DNA from: Candidatus Saccharimonadota bacterium
GTDB taxonomy: Bacteria; Patescibacteriota; Saccharimonadia; Saccharimonadales; JACDBH01
Assembly: GCA_028289135.1 (NCBI GenBank)
Contig: JAQGGW010000002.1
Span: forward strand, 36,255-100,254
DNA: 64,000 nucleotides
Direction: 5' to 3'
Positions 44,087 through 53,777 of this stretch are shown in pieces. The notes beneath the pieces are model-generated. The model saw nothing but the letters and a program-made list of their open reading frames with translations. It had not been told where the DNA came from and made no database searches. The position numbers and the translations under genes were made by a program. Every line of letters begins with the position of its first letter. The first letter of the stretch is position 1.

Positions 44087-45361
44087 ATGTTTGTAGACAG
44101 AGTAAACGTTGGTATAGAAGCAGGCGATGGCGGCAATGGCTATGTTAGTTTCAGGCAAGAAAAATTTATCGACCGCGGCGGCCCAGATGGTGGTGACGGC
44201 GGCAAGGGCGGTAGTATCGTTTTGGTGGCTTCTCGTAATCAAAACACTCTGGCAAACTTCCGTTTCCAGCGCGCGTTAAAAGCACCAGACGGCGAACCGG
44301 GCTTTAAGCAGCGTATGCACGGCCGCAGCGGTATTGATTTAAAAGTTCCCGTCCCAGTTGGAACGGTTGTCTTAACCGAGGACGGTATTGAGCTAGCCGA
44401 TCTAAATGAAGACGGCCAAGAATTTGTTGTGGCCGCAGGTGGCAAAGGCGGCTTTGGAAATGCTCACTTTGTAAGCTCTGTACGCCAAGCGCCAAAAGTC
44501 GCCGAACGCGGTGAAGCCGGTGACCGACTAAACGCCGTGTTTGAGCTGCGTATGATTGCCGATGTTGGTTTGGTTGGCCTTCCAAACGCTGGCAAATCTA
44601 CGCTCCTGAGCGTTATCAGTAACGCCAAGCCAGAGATTGCTAATTATCCTTTTACAACCCTAACACCAAACCTTGGCGTTGTTGACGTCGACAAAGGCAG
44701 CTCGTTACTTATTGCCGACATTCCAGGACTTATCGAAGGAGCATCCGAAGGCAAAGGCCTTGGCGACGAATTCTTGCGCCACGTGGAGCGCACTAAGGTG
44801 CTAATCCATCTAATTGACGCCTACCAAGACGACATCCCAGCCGCCTATAAAACTATCCAAAAAGAACTGCACGACTATAAAAACGACCTCAGTACCAAGC
44901 CCCAAGTCGTGGTTATAACTAAAATTGAAGGCCTGGATGATGAAATTGTCGCTGATCTTCTAAAGCAGCTTAAAAAGTTAGTCCCTGCCAAAACCCCGCT
45001 GATGGCAATCTCAGCCCAAAGCGGACAAGGCGTTAAAGAGCTACTATACGCGGTTAAGAAACAAGTTACTGCTATCGAAAAGCTTGAAAAAGCCGCCAAG
45101 GACGAAGAAGACGCCACGCCCGTCTACCGACTGCAGCCAACCGAAACCAGCTTTAGGGTTACCAACCACGGTGATTACTTTACCGTAACTGGCCACCGTA
45201 TTGAAAAATTTGCATCACGTACGCACTTCGACGACGAAGAAGGCGAGCGCCGGCTTAAAGACATTATGAAAAAGATGGGTATTATGCGCGAACTTGAGCG
45301 CCAAGGCATAATACCTGGCCAAAAAGTCATCGTCGGATCCTATGGGGATATTGAGTATTAG
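44087..45361 (+). CDS. obg: GTPase Obg/CgtA
   Basis: The Obg fold has Gly-rich repeats (GDGGNG, GGPDGGDGGKGG). G1 is GLPNAGKST and G3 is DIPGLIEGA. An OCT-like C-terminal domain is present. Confidence 0.93.
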   Translation: MFVDRVNVGIEAGDGGNGYVSFRQEKFIDRGGPDGGDGGKGGSIVLVASRNQNTLANFRFQRALKAPDGEPGFKQRMHGRSGIDLKVPVPVGTVVLTEDGIELADLNEDGQEFVVAAGGKGGFGNAHFVSSVRQAPKVAERGEAGDRLNAVFELRMIADVGLVGLPNAGKSTLLSVISNAKPEIANYPFTTLTPNLGVVDVDKGSSLLIADIPGLIEGASEGKGLGDEFLRHVERTKVLIHLIDAYQDDIPAAYKTIQKELHDYKNDLSTKPQVVVITKIEGLDDEIVADLLKQLKKLVPAKTPLMAISAQSGQGVKELLYAVKKQVTAIEKLEKAAKDEEDATPVYRLQPTETSFRVTNHGDYFTVTGHRIEKFASRTHFDDEEGERRLKDIMKKMGIMRELERQGIIPGQKVIVGSYGDIEY

Positions 45362-45364
45362 CAC

Positions 45365-45487
45365 GGGGGCTTTCGTACGTTGCACATTTTGAACGAATAG
45401 CTCCGCTCCGTTTCTCCATGTATTTCTGTATACACTCCGAATCCGGTGCTCGCTATTCGTCCAAACTGCACTAGCGTACGAAACCCC
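45365..45487 (+). repeat. Structured element 'C', copy 1 (candidate 3'-UTR RNA motif)
   Basis: The conserved core is CCGTTTCTCCATGTAyTTCT.TGTACACTCCGAATmCGGTkCTC. Internal-loop strands TTGCACAT.TT and AA.CTGCACTA are flanked by two stems that differ from copy 2 yet remain complementary. It starts 4 nt after the obg stop. Confidence 0.7.
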
Positions 45488-45505
45488 TTTCCGTAGGGTC
45501 CATCG

Positions 45506-46081
45506 CTATTCGTTCAAACTTTTCTTAATGTAAGTACCGGCGCCATTTAATGTACCTTCCAGGGTCGCGGTCAAAGTATAACTTTGGCACTGCGTTTTAA
45601 CATTGTCGCAACCCGATGGCAAAACTTCATAAGAATAAGCATTTTCTTTTGGCGAGTTGACAATTTTACTGTCATTTCCAAGCGGATCTTGCAATGCGCC
45701 CAAATCCAATCCTTTGAGGTTGGTGTTTAAAAAATTAAAGTCGTTTAAGTTTGCGAGCGTTGGATAATAGCCGTTCTGTGCCCAGTAGGCTTCAATCTGA
45801 CCGTGCATAGCTTTAATGTCTGTTTCGCGTTCGGTATCGCGCGACTTGAGGTTAATACTGTCCGCGCCAGGTATAAGGCTAACAGGCGCGTGTTTTTTGC
45901 CATTATTTTGGACTATCCCCAAGACGATGCTTACCAAAACAATCAGCGCCAAAACACCAAAACTAATTCCAATAATGAGCTTCTTTTGCTTTGTCATAGG
46001 CTGATGCGCCGGCGGCATTGGCGACTGCTGCTGATAAGAAGGCATTTGTGGCGGCAATGGTTGCGGGCTCTGAGGATTCAT
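45506..46081 (-). CDS. Membrane-anchored protein with a pilin/GspG-like ectodomain and a Pro/Gln-rich N-terminus
   Basis: There is one TM (LIIGISFGVLALIVLVSIVLGIV). RDTERETDIKAMHGQIEAYWAQNGYYP resembles the helix-to-globular transition of type IV pilin/pseudopilin domains. There is no G|F...E prepilin site. Confidence 0.5.
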   Translation of the reverse strand: MNPQSPQPLPPQMPSYQQQSPMPPAHQPMTKQKKLIIGISFGVLALIVLVSIVLGIVQNNGKKHAPVSLIPGADSINLKSRDTERETDIKAMHGQIEAYWAQNGYYPTLANLNDFNFLNTNLKGLDLGALQDPLGNDSKIVNSPKENAYSYEVLPSGCDNVKTQCQSYTLTATLEGTLNGAGTYIKKSLNE

Positions 46082-46218
46082 TTTTGTTACTCGTTTATGT
46101 TACAGCCTAATAATAACAGATTATTTTTAATAAAATGCCAGCGCTTAAAAAAACGCTTGTGTTTGCATCTACCCAGGAATATACTTCACTTAAAGTTAGC
46201 AAAAACAAAAAGGAAAAT

Positions 46219-46632
46219 ATGACGAGTATTAACAAAAACCAAGGTGGTATTATTCATCATTTGCTGCTGCTAGTTATTTTCGTAGGAGTGGTTGGGGCTA
46301 TTGGTTTTACTGGGATGAAAGTATGGCGTAGCCACCAGGCAGGTGCCAGGACGTACAATTGGTCATATCTTTATCCAAATAACGACTGGAATGTCTATGC
46401 CTGCAAGACCTCAAGTACTACAGGAAAAGTCTATATAAAAAATCAAACTGGCTATAAACTGCAAACTACAATCAGTAACTTAGGTACTATTGATGCCGCC
46501 GCGCACAATGCAAGCAATGTCTACGATGTGACTGCGATAGATGGTACGCTTACTGGAAATAGCCGGTCATTACAGTCAGGCTCGGGCACAAGTTCTTATA
46601 GTAAGCAGTTTGCCAGCCTAAACCCTTGTTAG
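46219..46632 (+). CDS. Hypothetical secreted/anchored protein with a degenerate prepilin-like N-terminus
   Basis: MTSINKNQGG|IIHHLLLLVIFVGVVGAIGF parallels the KNQSG|F..E pilin signal at 1772 but lacks Glu at +5. AAGGAAA lies upstream of the ATG at 46219. The ORF-track start is 46135. Confidence 0.45.
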   Translation: MTSINKNQGGIIHHLLLLVIFVGVVGAIGFTGMKVWRSHQAGARTYNWSYLYPNNDWNVYACKTSSTTGKVYIKNQTGYKLQTTISNLGTIDAAAHNASNVYDVTAIDGTLTGNSRSLQSGSGTSSYSKQFASLNPC

Positions 46633-46683
46633 CTACTGTTAAAATAGATTCGTTTTATATTGTCGTGGTAAACTGGCACTACT

Positions 46684-48132
46684 ATGAGTGCCAGTTTTTA
46701 TTTTTATGACCTTGAGACAACTGGGATAAATTCGCGCAGCGGGCGGATTATGCAGTTTGGCGGCCAGCGCACGGATATGAACCTCAAACCCACTGGTGAG
46801 CCGGACAATATTTTGGTCAAGCTTAGTGACGATACATTGCCAGAACCCGATGCCATCATGATTACAGGCATTACCCCGCAGGCAACGCAGACGGAAGGCA
46901 TTACCGAAGCTGAATTTTTAAAGTATTTCCAGTCGCACATTTGTGCCCAGGACACCATTTTTGTTGGTTTTAACAATGTCCGCTTTGACGACGAGTTTAT
47001 CCGCCACACGCTCTACCGCAACTTTTATGACGCTTATGAATGGTGCTGGCAGGATAAACGCGGGCGCTGGGATTTGCTTGACGTGGTGCGTATGATGCGC
47101 GCGCTTCGTCCAGATGGTATCACATGGCCTGTTGGCCCGGACGGTAAAGCAAGCAACCGTTTGGAGCTCTTAACCAGCGCTAATAACCTGGACCACACTG
47201 CTGCGCACGATGCTTTGAGCGACGTTAATGCAACCATTGCCGTGGCACGCCTGCTGCGCAACAAACAAACCAAAATGTTTGACTACCTGCTTTCGATGCG
47301 CGATAAGAAAAAGGTGCAGGAGTTAGTAAACGGCGGCCAGCCGTTCGTCTATACTAGCGGCAAATATCCTAGCGCCTATGAAAAAACTACCGTGGTGCAG
47401 ACTTTGGGCGATCATCCGGGCAAGCAGGGAGTTTTGGTTTATGATCTGCGCCGTGACCCAGGCTTTCTCGAAAATATGTCCCCGGAAGAAATTGCAACTT
47501 TGTGGCAATTACGCGAAGAAGACGAAACAAAGCGTTTTCCGATTAAAACCCTGCAGTTTAACCGTTGCCCCGCCGTTGCGCCGCTCGGAGTTTTAAACGA
47601 CGAAAATAAAGAGCGGCTTAAGATTGATATGGATGCCATTAGCGCCAACAGGGCTGCATTAAACAAAATTAAAGATCTGCGTGAGCGGCTTTTAAAAGCC
47701 ATTGCAATTATGGACAAACTTCGCCAGGCAACGTTTTTGACGGATATTAAAGACGTTGATAACCAACTTTACGATGGATTTTTTAATGACGGCGACAAAA
47801 CTGCGATGGCCGTGGTGCGCGCGGCTGAAAAAAGTGAGATCAGCAGCTTGCACCTTACGTTTAAAGACGGCCGTCTCAATACGCTTTTCCCGCTTTATAA
47901 AGCACGAAATTATCCGCAAAGTTTAAGCCAGGAAGAGCGTGAAATTTGGGAAAAGTTCCGATTTAATAAGCTGGTTGGCGGCGGGGATAAGAGTGCTCTT
48001 AGCAAATATTTTATGCGTATTAGTGAAATTGCCAAGCGTCCCGGCCTGACTAGCGCCCAGCAATATCTTTTAGAAGAATTACAGCTGTACGGTGAAAGCA
48101 TTATGCCTGAACCATTAGATATGGACGAGTGA
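46684..48132 (+). CDS. sbcB: Exodeoxyribonuclease I
   Basis: The DEDDh exonuclease motifs are FYDLETTG (Exo I), FNNVRFDDEF (Exo II) and HDALSDV (Exo III). At 482 aa it has the size and SH3-like/helical C-domain layout of ExoI. Confidence 0.85.
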   Translation: MSASFYFYDLETTGINSRSGRIMQFGGQRTDMNLKPTGEPDNILVKLSDDTLPEPDAIMITGITPQATQTEGITEAEFLKYFQSHICAQDTIFVGFNNVRFDDEFIRHTLYRNFYDAYEWCWQDKRGRWDLLDVVRMMRALRPDGITWPVGPDGKASNRLELLTSANNLDHTAAHDALSDVNATIAVARLLRNKQTKMFDYLLSMRDKKKVQELVNGGQPFVYTSGKYPSAYEKTTVVQTLGDHPGKQGVLVYDLRRDPGFLENMSPEEIATLWQLREEDETKRFPIKTLQFNRCPAVAPLGVLNDENKERLKIDMDAISANRAALNKIKDLRERLLKAIAIMDKLRQATFLTDIKDVDNQLYDGFFNDGDKTAMAVVRAAEKSEISSLHLTFKDGRLNTLFPLYKARNYPQSLSQEEREIWEKFRFNKLVGGGDKSALSKYFMRISEIAKRPGLTSAQQYLLEELQLYGESIMPEPLDMDE

Positions 48133-48158
48133 CCTCACAGCTGGTGTGGGATCTGTGA

Positions 48159-48335
48159 CTAGATAGAGACGATGTCTAGAAATAACTGGTGAGTGCGGTG
48201 ATGAAATGCAATAAAGTGCGCAAGCTTAACAATAATAAACGGAGCCATAAAAGCAGTGACTACTAAGAGAAGCATATTAAAGGTCAGTTGCGCGTGAGTA
48301 CCGGGGATATATCCCAAGACGATGAAAGTTAACAT
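48159..48335 (-). CDS. Possible 58-aa membrane peptide
   Basis: AGGTGG lies 9 nt upstream of the ATG at 48335 on the minus strand. Sequence is MLTFIVLGYIPGTHAQLTFNMLLLVVTAFMAPFIIVKLAHF.... It is below the ORF-track cutoff. Confidence 0.4.
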   Translation of the reverse strand: MLTFIVLGYIPGTHAQLTFNMLLLVVTAFMAPFIIVKLAHFIAFHHRTHQLFLDIVSI

Positions 48336-48411
48336 TTAGAAGAACCACCTGATTAATTAACAGGAGTATACAACTAAATAGCATATAAAGCAACTAGATT
48401 ATTAAATATGC

Positions 48412-48828
48412 TTATGCTTTTGTTTTTAACTTGGTAAGGATTTTGTCGAGGCGCTGCCTGTTAACCAAAAAAACAAAAGCGCTAAAGCATATTACCGCGA
48501 TGCTAGCCGCCGCTAAAAAGTGGTTTTTGGTAGTAAAAAACAGATACGAAGCGCCTAAAAACAAAAAGACAGAAGCAAAATCATAAAGGTGGCGGATCCA
48601 AGGAATATCAGGGAATAAAATTGATTTAAAGCTCTTGCCCTTATGCCTAGCGGTTTCCAGCCAACGCTCGGCCCAGTCGTGATTAACGGCCAAAAGTGCT
48701 AATCCGGCCAAAAAAAGCGGTATGCCACCAGGGCCTGGCAGCCAGCCAAACAAAATAACGCCCACAAAGCATAAAACCGCCAAACCATCGAGCGCGGCAA
48801 TTTTTAAGATGTTTCTGGACTTGGCCAT
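48412..48828 (-). CDS. PGPGW-motif transmembrane protein
   Basis: WLPGPGGIPLFLAGLALLAVNHDWAERW matches the PGPGW-family pattern; 4 TM helices. Confidence 0.6.
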   Translation of the reverse strand: MAKSRNILKIAALDGLAVLCFVGVILFGWLPGPGGIPLFLAGLALLAVNHDWAERWLETARHKGKSFKSILFPDIPWIRHLYDFASVFLFLGASYLFFTTKNHFLAAASIAVICFSAFVFLVNRQRLDKILTKLKTKA

Positions 48829-48908
48829 GGCTTAAGTATAGCAACTTAACCATTAAGGGCTCTTAGGGACTAGAAAAAGTTATGAAATTATGCTAGCATT
48901 AATGTCCT

Positions 48909-51719
48909 ATGAGTGAAGTCATTACCATCAAGGGGGCGAGGGAACATAACCTTAAAAACGTGGATCTTGAGATTCCGCGCAATAAACTTGTAGTTATTAC
49001 CGGGCTCTCTGGTTCGGGCAAGTCTTCTTTGGCTTTTGACACCATTTATGCCGAAGGCCAGCGCCGTTATGTTGAGTCGCTCAGCAGCTATGCCCGTCAA
49101 TTCTTAGGGATTATGGAAAAGCCGGACGTCGACCAGATCGACGGCCTTTCACCGGCAATTTCAATTGACCAAAAATCGACAAGCCGGAACCCCCGCAGTA
49201 CTGTCGCGACTGTCACGGAAATTTATGACTATTTGCGCCTGTTGTTTGCGCGCATTGGCATTCCGCATTGTCCTGTGTGCGGCAAGCCGGTAACGCGCCA
49301 GACAACCCAGGCCATTATTGACCAGATTACCCGCCTGCCCGAATCCGCTAAGCTTATGGTCTTGGCGCCGGTTGTACTAGACAAAAAAGGCGCCTTTGAA
49401 CACATCCCAGAGCAGTTTATGCGCCTTGGTTTTGCCCGCGCCCGTGTGGACGGAGTTGTTTACAGTTTGGATGAATTTCCGGATCTTGATAAAAAATATA
49501 AGCACACGATTGAAATTGTGGTTGACCGGTTGGTAAATGACGAAGCCAGCCGCAGCCGTTTGGCCCAAAGTGTTGAGTCGGCGCTGGATCTGGCCGAAGG
49601 CAAACTAAAAGTACATAATGCCGACACTCAGGAAGACTCGATCTACTCGCTGCAATATGCCTGTATTGACCACCCTGATGTTTCGATCCCGGATCTTGAG
49701 CCGCGGACTTTTAGCTTTAACTCGCCGCACGGTGCCTGCCCGGTTTGTACTGGTCTTGGAAACCGCCTGGAAGTCGACCCTGAGCTGGTTATCCCAAACG
49801 GCCGGCTTTCTATAGCCGAGGGCGCAATCCGTCCGTTTAACCGCATTAATGTTGACGCGTGGTATATGCGCAAACTCCAGGCCGTGGCTGATGCCTACGG
49901 TTTTTCGCTGCAAGCACCGACGGCTGATCTAAAACCAGAGCATATGCAGATTTTAATGTACGGCACGGGTGAGCAAACCTACCGTGTAAGCTTGGGGATG
50001 GGCCGCAGTTTTTCGACAACTTATGAAGGCGTAATTCCAAACCTTGAGCGCCGCCACAAAGAAACCGAGAGTGATTTTATTAGGCGTGACATTGAGCGCT
50101 TTATGCAAGAACGCCCATGCGCTGTCTGCAAAGGCCGCCGCTTAAAGCCCGAAGTTTTGGCCGTTACCGTGGCGAAGCATTCGATTATGGATATTTGTGA
50201 ATTTTCGATTGACGACGCGATTGAATTTTTTAAACATGTCAAACTAAATGACAAAGAAATGCACATTGCCGAGCAGATCTGCAAAGAAATTAATGCCCGG
50301 CTAAAGTTTATGCAGGACGTTGGTTTAAACTACCTAAACCTCGCTCGCAGTGCTGTCAGTCTAAGCGGCGGTGAGGCCCAGCGTATCCGTTTGGCAACCC
50401 AAATTGGATCAGGCTTGATGGGCGTTTTGTATGTGCTGGACGAACCTTCAATTGGCCTGCACCAGCGCGACAACGAACGGCTTATTAAGACTCTTAAGCA
50501 TCTGCGTGACCTTGGAAACAGCGTGATTGTGGTCGAACACGACGAAGAAACCATTCGTACTGCCGACTTTTTGGTAGACATTGGTCCGGGCGCCGGCGTA
50601 CACGGAGGCCATGTAGTTGCACATGGCTTGCCAGAAGAAGTCGCTAAAGTAAAAGGCAGCATTACCGGGCAGTATTTGCGCGGCGAAGAGTCGATTGCGG
50701 TGCCAAAAAACAGGCGTAAGGGCAACGGTAAAAACATTGTTATTAAAGGCGCGCGCGAAAATAACCTCAAAAACGTTGATGTCGAGATTCCGCTTGGTGA
50801 AATGGTGGTTGTGAGCGGCGTCAGCGGTTCTGGCAAGTCCAGCCTTATCAATGACATTTTGGCCAAAGAACTCCAGGCACGTTTAATGCGAGCCAACTTA
50901 GTCCCGGGCCGCCACGACGATATTGAAGGCATTGAGCACCTCGACAAAGCAATTGTCATTAACCAGTCGCCAATTGGCCGGACGCCGCGCAGCAACCCTG
51001 CAACCTATATAGGTTTGTTTACGCCAATCCGTGAACTTTTTGCCACAACGCCAGAAGCTAAAATCCGCGGCTACAAAGCCGGACGTTTTAGTTTTAACGT
51101 AAAAGGCGGCCGCTGCGAAAACTGTGCAGGTGACGGTATTATCAAGATCGAAATGCATTTTTTGCCGGATGTTTATGTGCCATGCGAAGTCTGCCATGGC
51201 AAGCGCTACAACCGTGAAGCTTTGGAAATTCATTACAAGGGCAAGACAATCAGCGATGTCTTGGAAATGACGGTAGAACAAGCTTTGGAATTTTTTGAAA
51301 ACCTGCCAGCCATTGCCCGCAAACTGCAGACTATGACCGATGTGGGTCTTGGCTACATTGGCCTTGGACAGCCTGCCACAACGCTTAGCGGCGGTGAGGC
51401 GCAGCGCATTAAGCTTGCGAGCGAACTTAGCCGCCGGCCGACTGGGCGCACGCTCTATATTTTGGACGAACCAACAACTGGGCTGCACATGGCGGACGTT
51501 AAAAAGCTATTGGAAGTGCTGCACGCGCTTGTTGACGCTGGCAACTCAATGGTTATTATTGAACATAACTTGGACGTAATTAAATCAGCCGATTGGTTGA
51601 TTGATATGGGCCCCGAAGGCGGCGAAAAGGGCGGTAATGTGTTGGCCACTGGCACACCAGAGCACGTTGCTAAGCAAGAAAATTCATATACAGGGCAGTT
51701 TCTCAAGCGTATGCTGTAG
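48909..51719 (+). CDS. uvrA: Excinuclease ABC subunit A
   Basis: It has two ABC modules ([10 protein letters not shown]; [10 protein letters not shown]), LSGGEAQR twice, and zinc modules CPVCG...C..C.G. Confidence 0.97.
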   Translation: MSEVITIKGAREHNLKNVDLEIPRNKLVVITGLSGSGKSSLAFDTIYAEGQRRYVESLSSYARQFLGIMEKPDVDQIDGLSPAISIDQKSTSRNPRSTVATVTEIYDYLRLLFARIGIPHCPVCGKPVTRQTTQAIIDQITRLPESAKLMVLAPVVLDKKGAFEHIPEQFMRLGFARARVDGVVYSLDEFPDLDKKYKHTIEIVVDRLVNDEASRSRLAQSVESALDLAEGKLKVHNADTQEDSIYSLQYACIDHPDVSIPDLEPRTFSFNSPHGACPVCTGLGNRLEVDPELVIPNGRLSIAEGAIRPFNRINVDAWYMRKLQAVADAYGFSLQAPTADLKPEHMQILMYGTGEQTYRVSLGMGRSFSTTYEGVIPNLERRHKETESDFIRRDIERFMQERPCAVCKGRRLKPEVLAVTVAKHSIMDICEFSIDDAIEFFKHVKLNDKEMHIAEQICKEINARLKFMQDVGLNYLNLARSAVSLSGGEAQRIRLATQIGSGLMGVLYVLDEPSIGLHQRDNERLIKTLKHLRDLGNSVIVVEHDEETIRTADFLVDIGPGAGVHGGHVVAHGLPEEVAKVKGSITGQYLRGEESIAVPKNRRKGNGKNIVIKGARENNLKNVDVEIPLGEMVVVSGVSGSGKSSLINDILAKELQARLMRANLVPGRHDDIEGIEHLDKAIVINQSPIGRTPRSNPATYIGLFTPIRELFATTPEAKIRGYKAGRFSFNVKGGRCENCAGDGIIKIEMHFLPDVYVPCEVCHGKRYNREALEIHYKGKTISDVLEMTVEQALEFFENLPAIARKLQTMTDVGLGYIGLGQPATTLSGGEAQRIKLASELSRRPTGRTLYILDEPTTGLHMADVKKLLEVLHALVDAGNSMVIIEHNLDVIKSADWLIDMGPEGGEKGGNVLATGTPEHVAKQENSYTGQFLKRML

Positions 51720-51721
51720 GC

Positions 51722-51976
51722 ATGAGTCGGAGTGCGCTAAAGAAGACTTATATTGATAACCCAGGGATGTTAGCAGCGGCAGAAAAAGGTTTGGGTTTTG
51801 TTAACGAGTGCGAAAAATATTGGGATTTTTTACCTACGGAAACACAATTAGCAGCTTTTGTACTTGAACAACCCCCAGATCCGCGTGATTTAAGACAGTT
51901 TCGTGTTGGTGAATGTATATATTTTATCGTCGGTGAACTATTACAAAAGATTGAAAAAGAGGGCGGTTTAAATTAG
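51722..51976 (+). CDS. Hypothetical protein
   Basis: 84-aa ORF starting 2 nt after the uvrA stop; no recognisable family. Confidence 0.4.
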   Translation: MSRSALKKTYIDNPGMLAAAEKGLGFVNECEKYWDFLPTETQLAAFVLEQPPDPRDLRQFRVGECIYFIVGELLQKIEKEGGLN

Positions 51977-52641
51977 GAGTTTTTGCGTTTGTGGACTTGG
52001 GCTTTTATGAGGTGATAGGCGGCTGGGCCGATAGTGATGGCCATTACTAGCAGAATGACGACTAGGATGTATTTGTCGATGTTTTGGACCTTTGCGCCGA
52101 TTATTCTGCCTAAGACATAACCAAGCATTGTGACACCAGTGCCCCAGGCGATCACACCGACTGCGTTATAAAGGGCAAATTTTTTGCGGTCCATGTTGGT
52201 AGTTCCGGATACGACCGGCACAAATGTGCGGATTACAGGGACGAACCGGGCAAGCAAAACTGTCTTAACGCCGTGTCTTTCATAAAAATCTTCTGCTTTT
52301 TTAAGCTGGTCCGGGTGAAAAAAGGTGCTTTCTTCTTTTCTAAAAAGTTTGCGGCCGGCTCTCTTGCCAATTTCGTATCCTGTGTTGTCGCCAATGATCC
52401 CAGATACAATGACTACAAACAACAGCCAGCCAAGGGGTAATTTGCCAACAGATGCAAAGTAGCCGGCACTCAAAAGTAGGGTGTCTCCGGGCAAGAAAAA
52501 GCCAGCCAGGAGGCCGCCTTCGGCAAAAATAATGGCGCCAACGGCTAGTAAACCACCACTTTGAAGCAAACTTTCTATTGAGATTCCAAACATTACCTCA
52601 ATGATACCATGAGGTCTCATCAAAACGATCTCTAAATTCAT
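51973..52641 (-). CDS. DedA-family membrane protein
   Basis: FFLPGDTLLLSAGYFA and LLARFVPVIRTFVPVVSG are DedA/SNARE-associated signatures. The true start may be the internal Met at 52590. Confidence 0.8.
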   Translation of the reverse strand: MNLEIVLMRPHGIIEVMFGISIESLLQSGGLLAVGAIIFAEGGLLAGFFLPGDTLLLSAGYFASVGKLPLGWLLFVVIVSGIIGDNTGYEIGKRAGRKLFRKEESTFFHPDQLKKAEDFYERHGVKTVLLARFVPVIRTFVPVVSGTTNMDRKKFALYNAVGVIAWGTGVTMLGYVLGRIIGAKVQNIDKYILVVILLVMAITIGPAAYHLIKAQVHKRKNS

Positions 52642-52709
52642 AAGCGAAAAGATGGAAAATCTGGTATAATGAGTACTAGTAATTAAATAAGTTTAAAGAG
52701 GTTATAACA

Positions 52710-53381
52710 ATGAGCAGCGACAAAATTACGCTGAAACTTACAGAACGTACCGAAATGGGCAAAGCCGTTAAAGCTCTTCGCCGCAGCGGTATGGTTCCTG
52801 CAAACGTATACGAACGTGGACATGATTCGGTTGCGGTCAGCGCGTCTTTTACCGAACTAACTAAAGTTTACCGCCAAGCCGGTAAGCACCACCCGGTAGA
52901 ATTATCTCTTGGCAGCAAGAACTATCTTGCCATGATCAAAGACGTTGACATCGACCCGACCAAGGGTTGGGTGCGCCACGTTGGCTTCCACGCCATCAAC
53001 AAGAACGAAACCGTTGTTGCTGAAATTCCAGTTCATATTGAAGGCGAAATTCCTGCTGAGCGCGTTAGCTTGCTTGTACTCCGCCCAATGGATACTGTTG
53101 AAGTTGAAGCTCTTCCAGCCAACCTTCCTGACGCTCTCACAATCGACGGCGCCAAGCTGGCCGAAATTGGCGATAAGCTTTCTGTAGCTGATATTATTGC
53201 GCCAACCGGCGTTAAGATTTTGACCGATCCAGATCAGACTTTGGCTGTTGTCGAAGAACCAAAAGACCAGATGGCTGAAGCCGCTGCCGAAGAAGCTGAA
53301 AACGCTGAATCTGCTGCTCAAGTTCCATCAGAAAATGGCTTAGCGGACGCTGACGAACCCGCCGCCGAACAGGCTGAATAG
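52710..53381 (+). CDS. rplY: 50S ribosomal protein L25/general stress protein Ctc (long form with acidic tail)
   Basis: LRRSGMVPANVYE...V is followed by a beta-barrel and a Ctc-type second domain. TGgTATAAT and AAAGAGG lie upstream. Confidence 0.85.
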   Translation: MSSDKITLKLTERTEMGKAVKALRRSGMVPANVYERGHDSVAVSASFTELTKVYRQAGKHHPVELSLGSKNYLAMIKDVDIDPTKGWVRHVGFHAINKNETVVAEIPVHIEGEIPAERVSLLVLRPMDTVEVEALPANLPDALTIDGAKLAEIGDKLSVADIIAPTGVKILTDPDQTLAVVEEPKDQMAEAAAEEAENAESAAQVPSENGLADADEPAAEQAE

Positions 53382-53390
53382 CGCTCTGGC

Positions 53391-53503
53391 CTCACTGGCT
53401 TGCACATCTTGCACGTAAGCCTGCGATCCGTTTCTCCATGTACTTCTCTGTACACTCCGAATACGGTTCTCGGCTATACGCACAAGCTGCACTAAGCCAG
53501 TGA
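53391..53503 (+). repeat. Structured element 'C', copy 2
   Basis: It has the same conserved core and internal-loop strands as 45365-45487. The outer stem is TCACTGGCT (53392-53400) with AGCCAGTGA (53495-53503). It starts 10 nt after the rplY stop. Confidence 0.7.
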
Positions 53504-53512
53504 ACCCTAGTC

Positions 53513-53776
53513 TTACATAGGCTGGCGGAGGTATTCGTGGCCTTCGATGTCGCGTGTCATAAGGCCTGCATCTATCATGCCGCGCCGCAGTAATGGCCAA
53601 TCTTGGAAGGTGTGCCACTGGTTTATTATCTCGTTAACTTCTTTTTCTGTGTAGGGTTTTTCAAGTTCGAATTTTTCGACGATATATTCCATTACAAGCT
53701 TTTTGTCGGCATGCTTTTTAGGCCAAGTAACAACTTGCCCTTCTTCGTTTAAAAAACGCGAGACATCTTTTTGCAT
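53513..53776 (-). CDS. DUF2087-like small protein, last gene of the ABC operon
   Basis: 87 aa. ...EKEVNEIINQWHTFQDWPLLRRGMIDAGLMTRD..G.EY resembles the DUF2087 pattern. Its start lies 1 nt after the upstream ABC stop. Confidence 0.5.
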   Translation of the reverse strand: MQKDVSRFLNEEGQVVTWPKKHADKKLVMEYIVEKFELEKPYTEKEVNEIINQWHTFQDWPLLRRGMIDAGLMTRDIEGHEYLRQPM

Positions 53777-53777
53777 T

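Noticed and set aside
50330-51488. Minus-strand ORFs of 221 and 196 aa inside uvrA
   Set aside because: UvrA motifs are unambiguous on the plus strand, so these are shadow ORFs.
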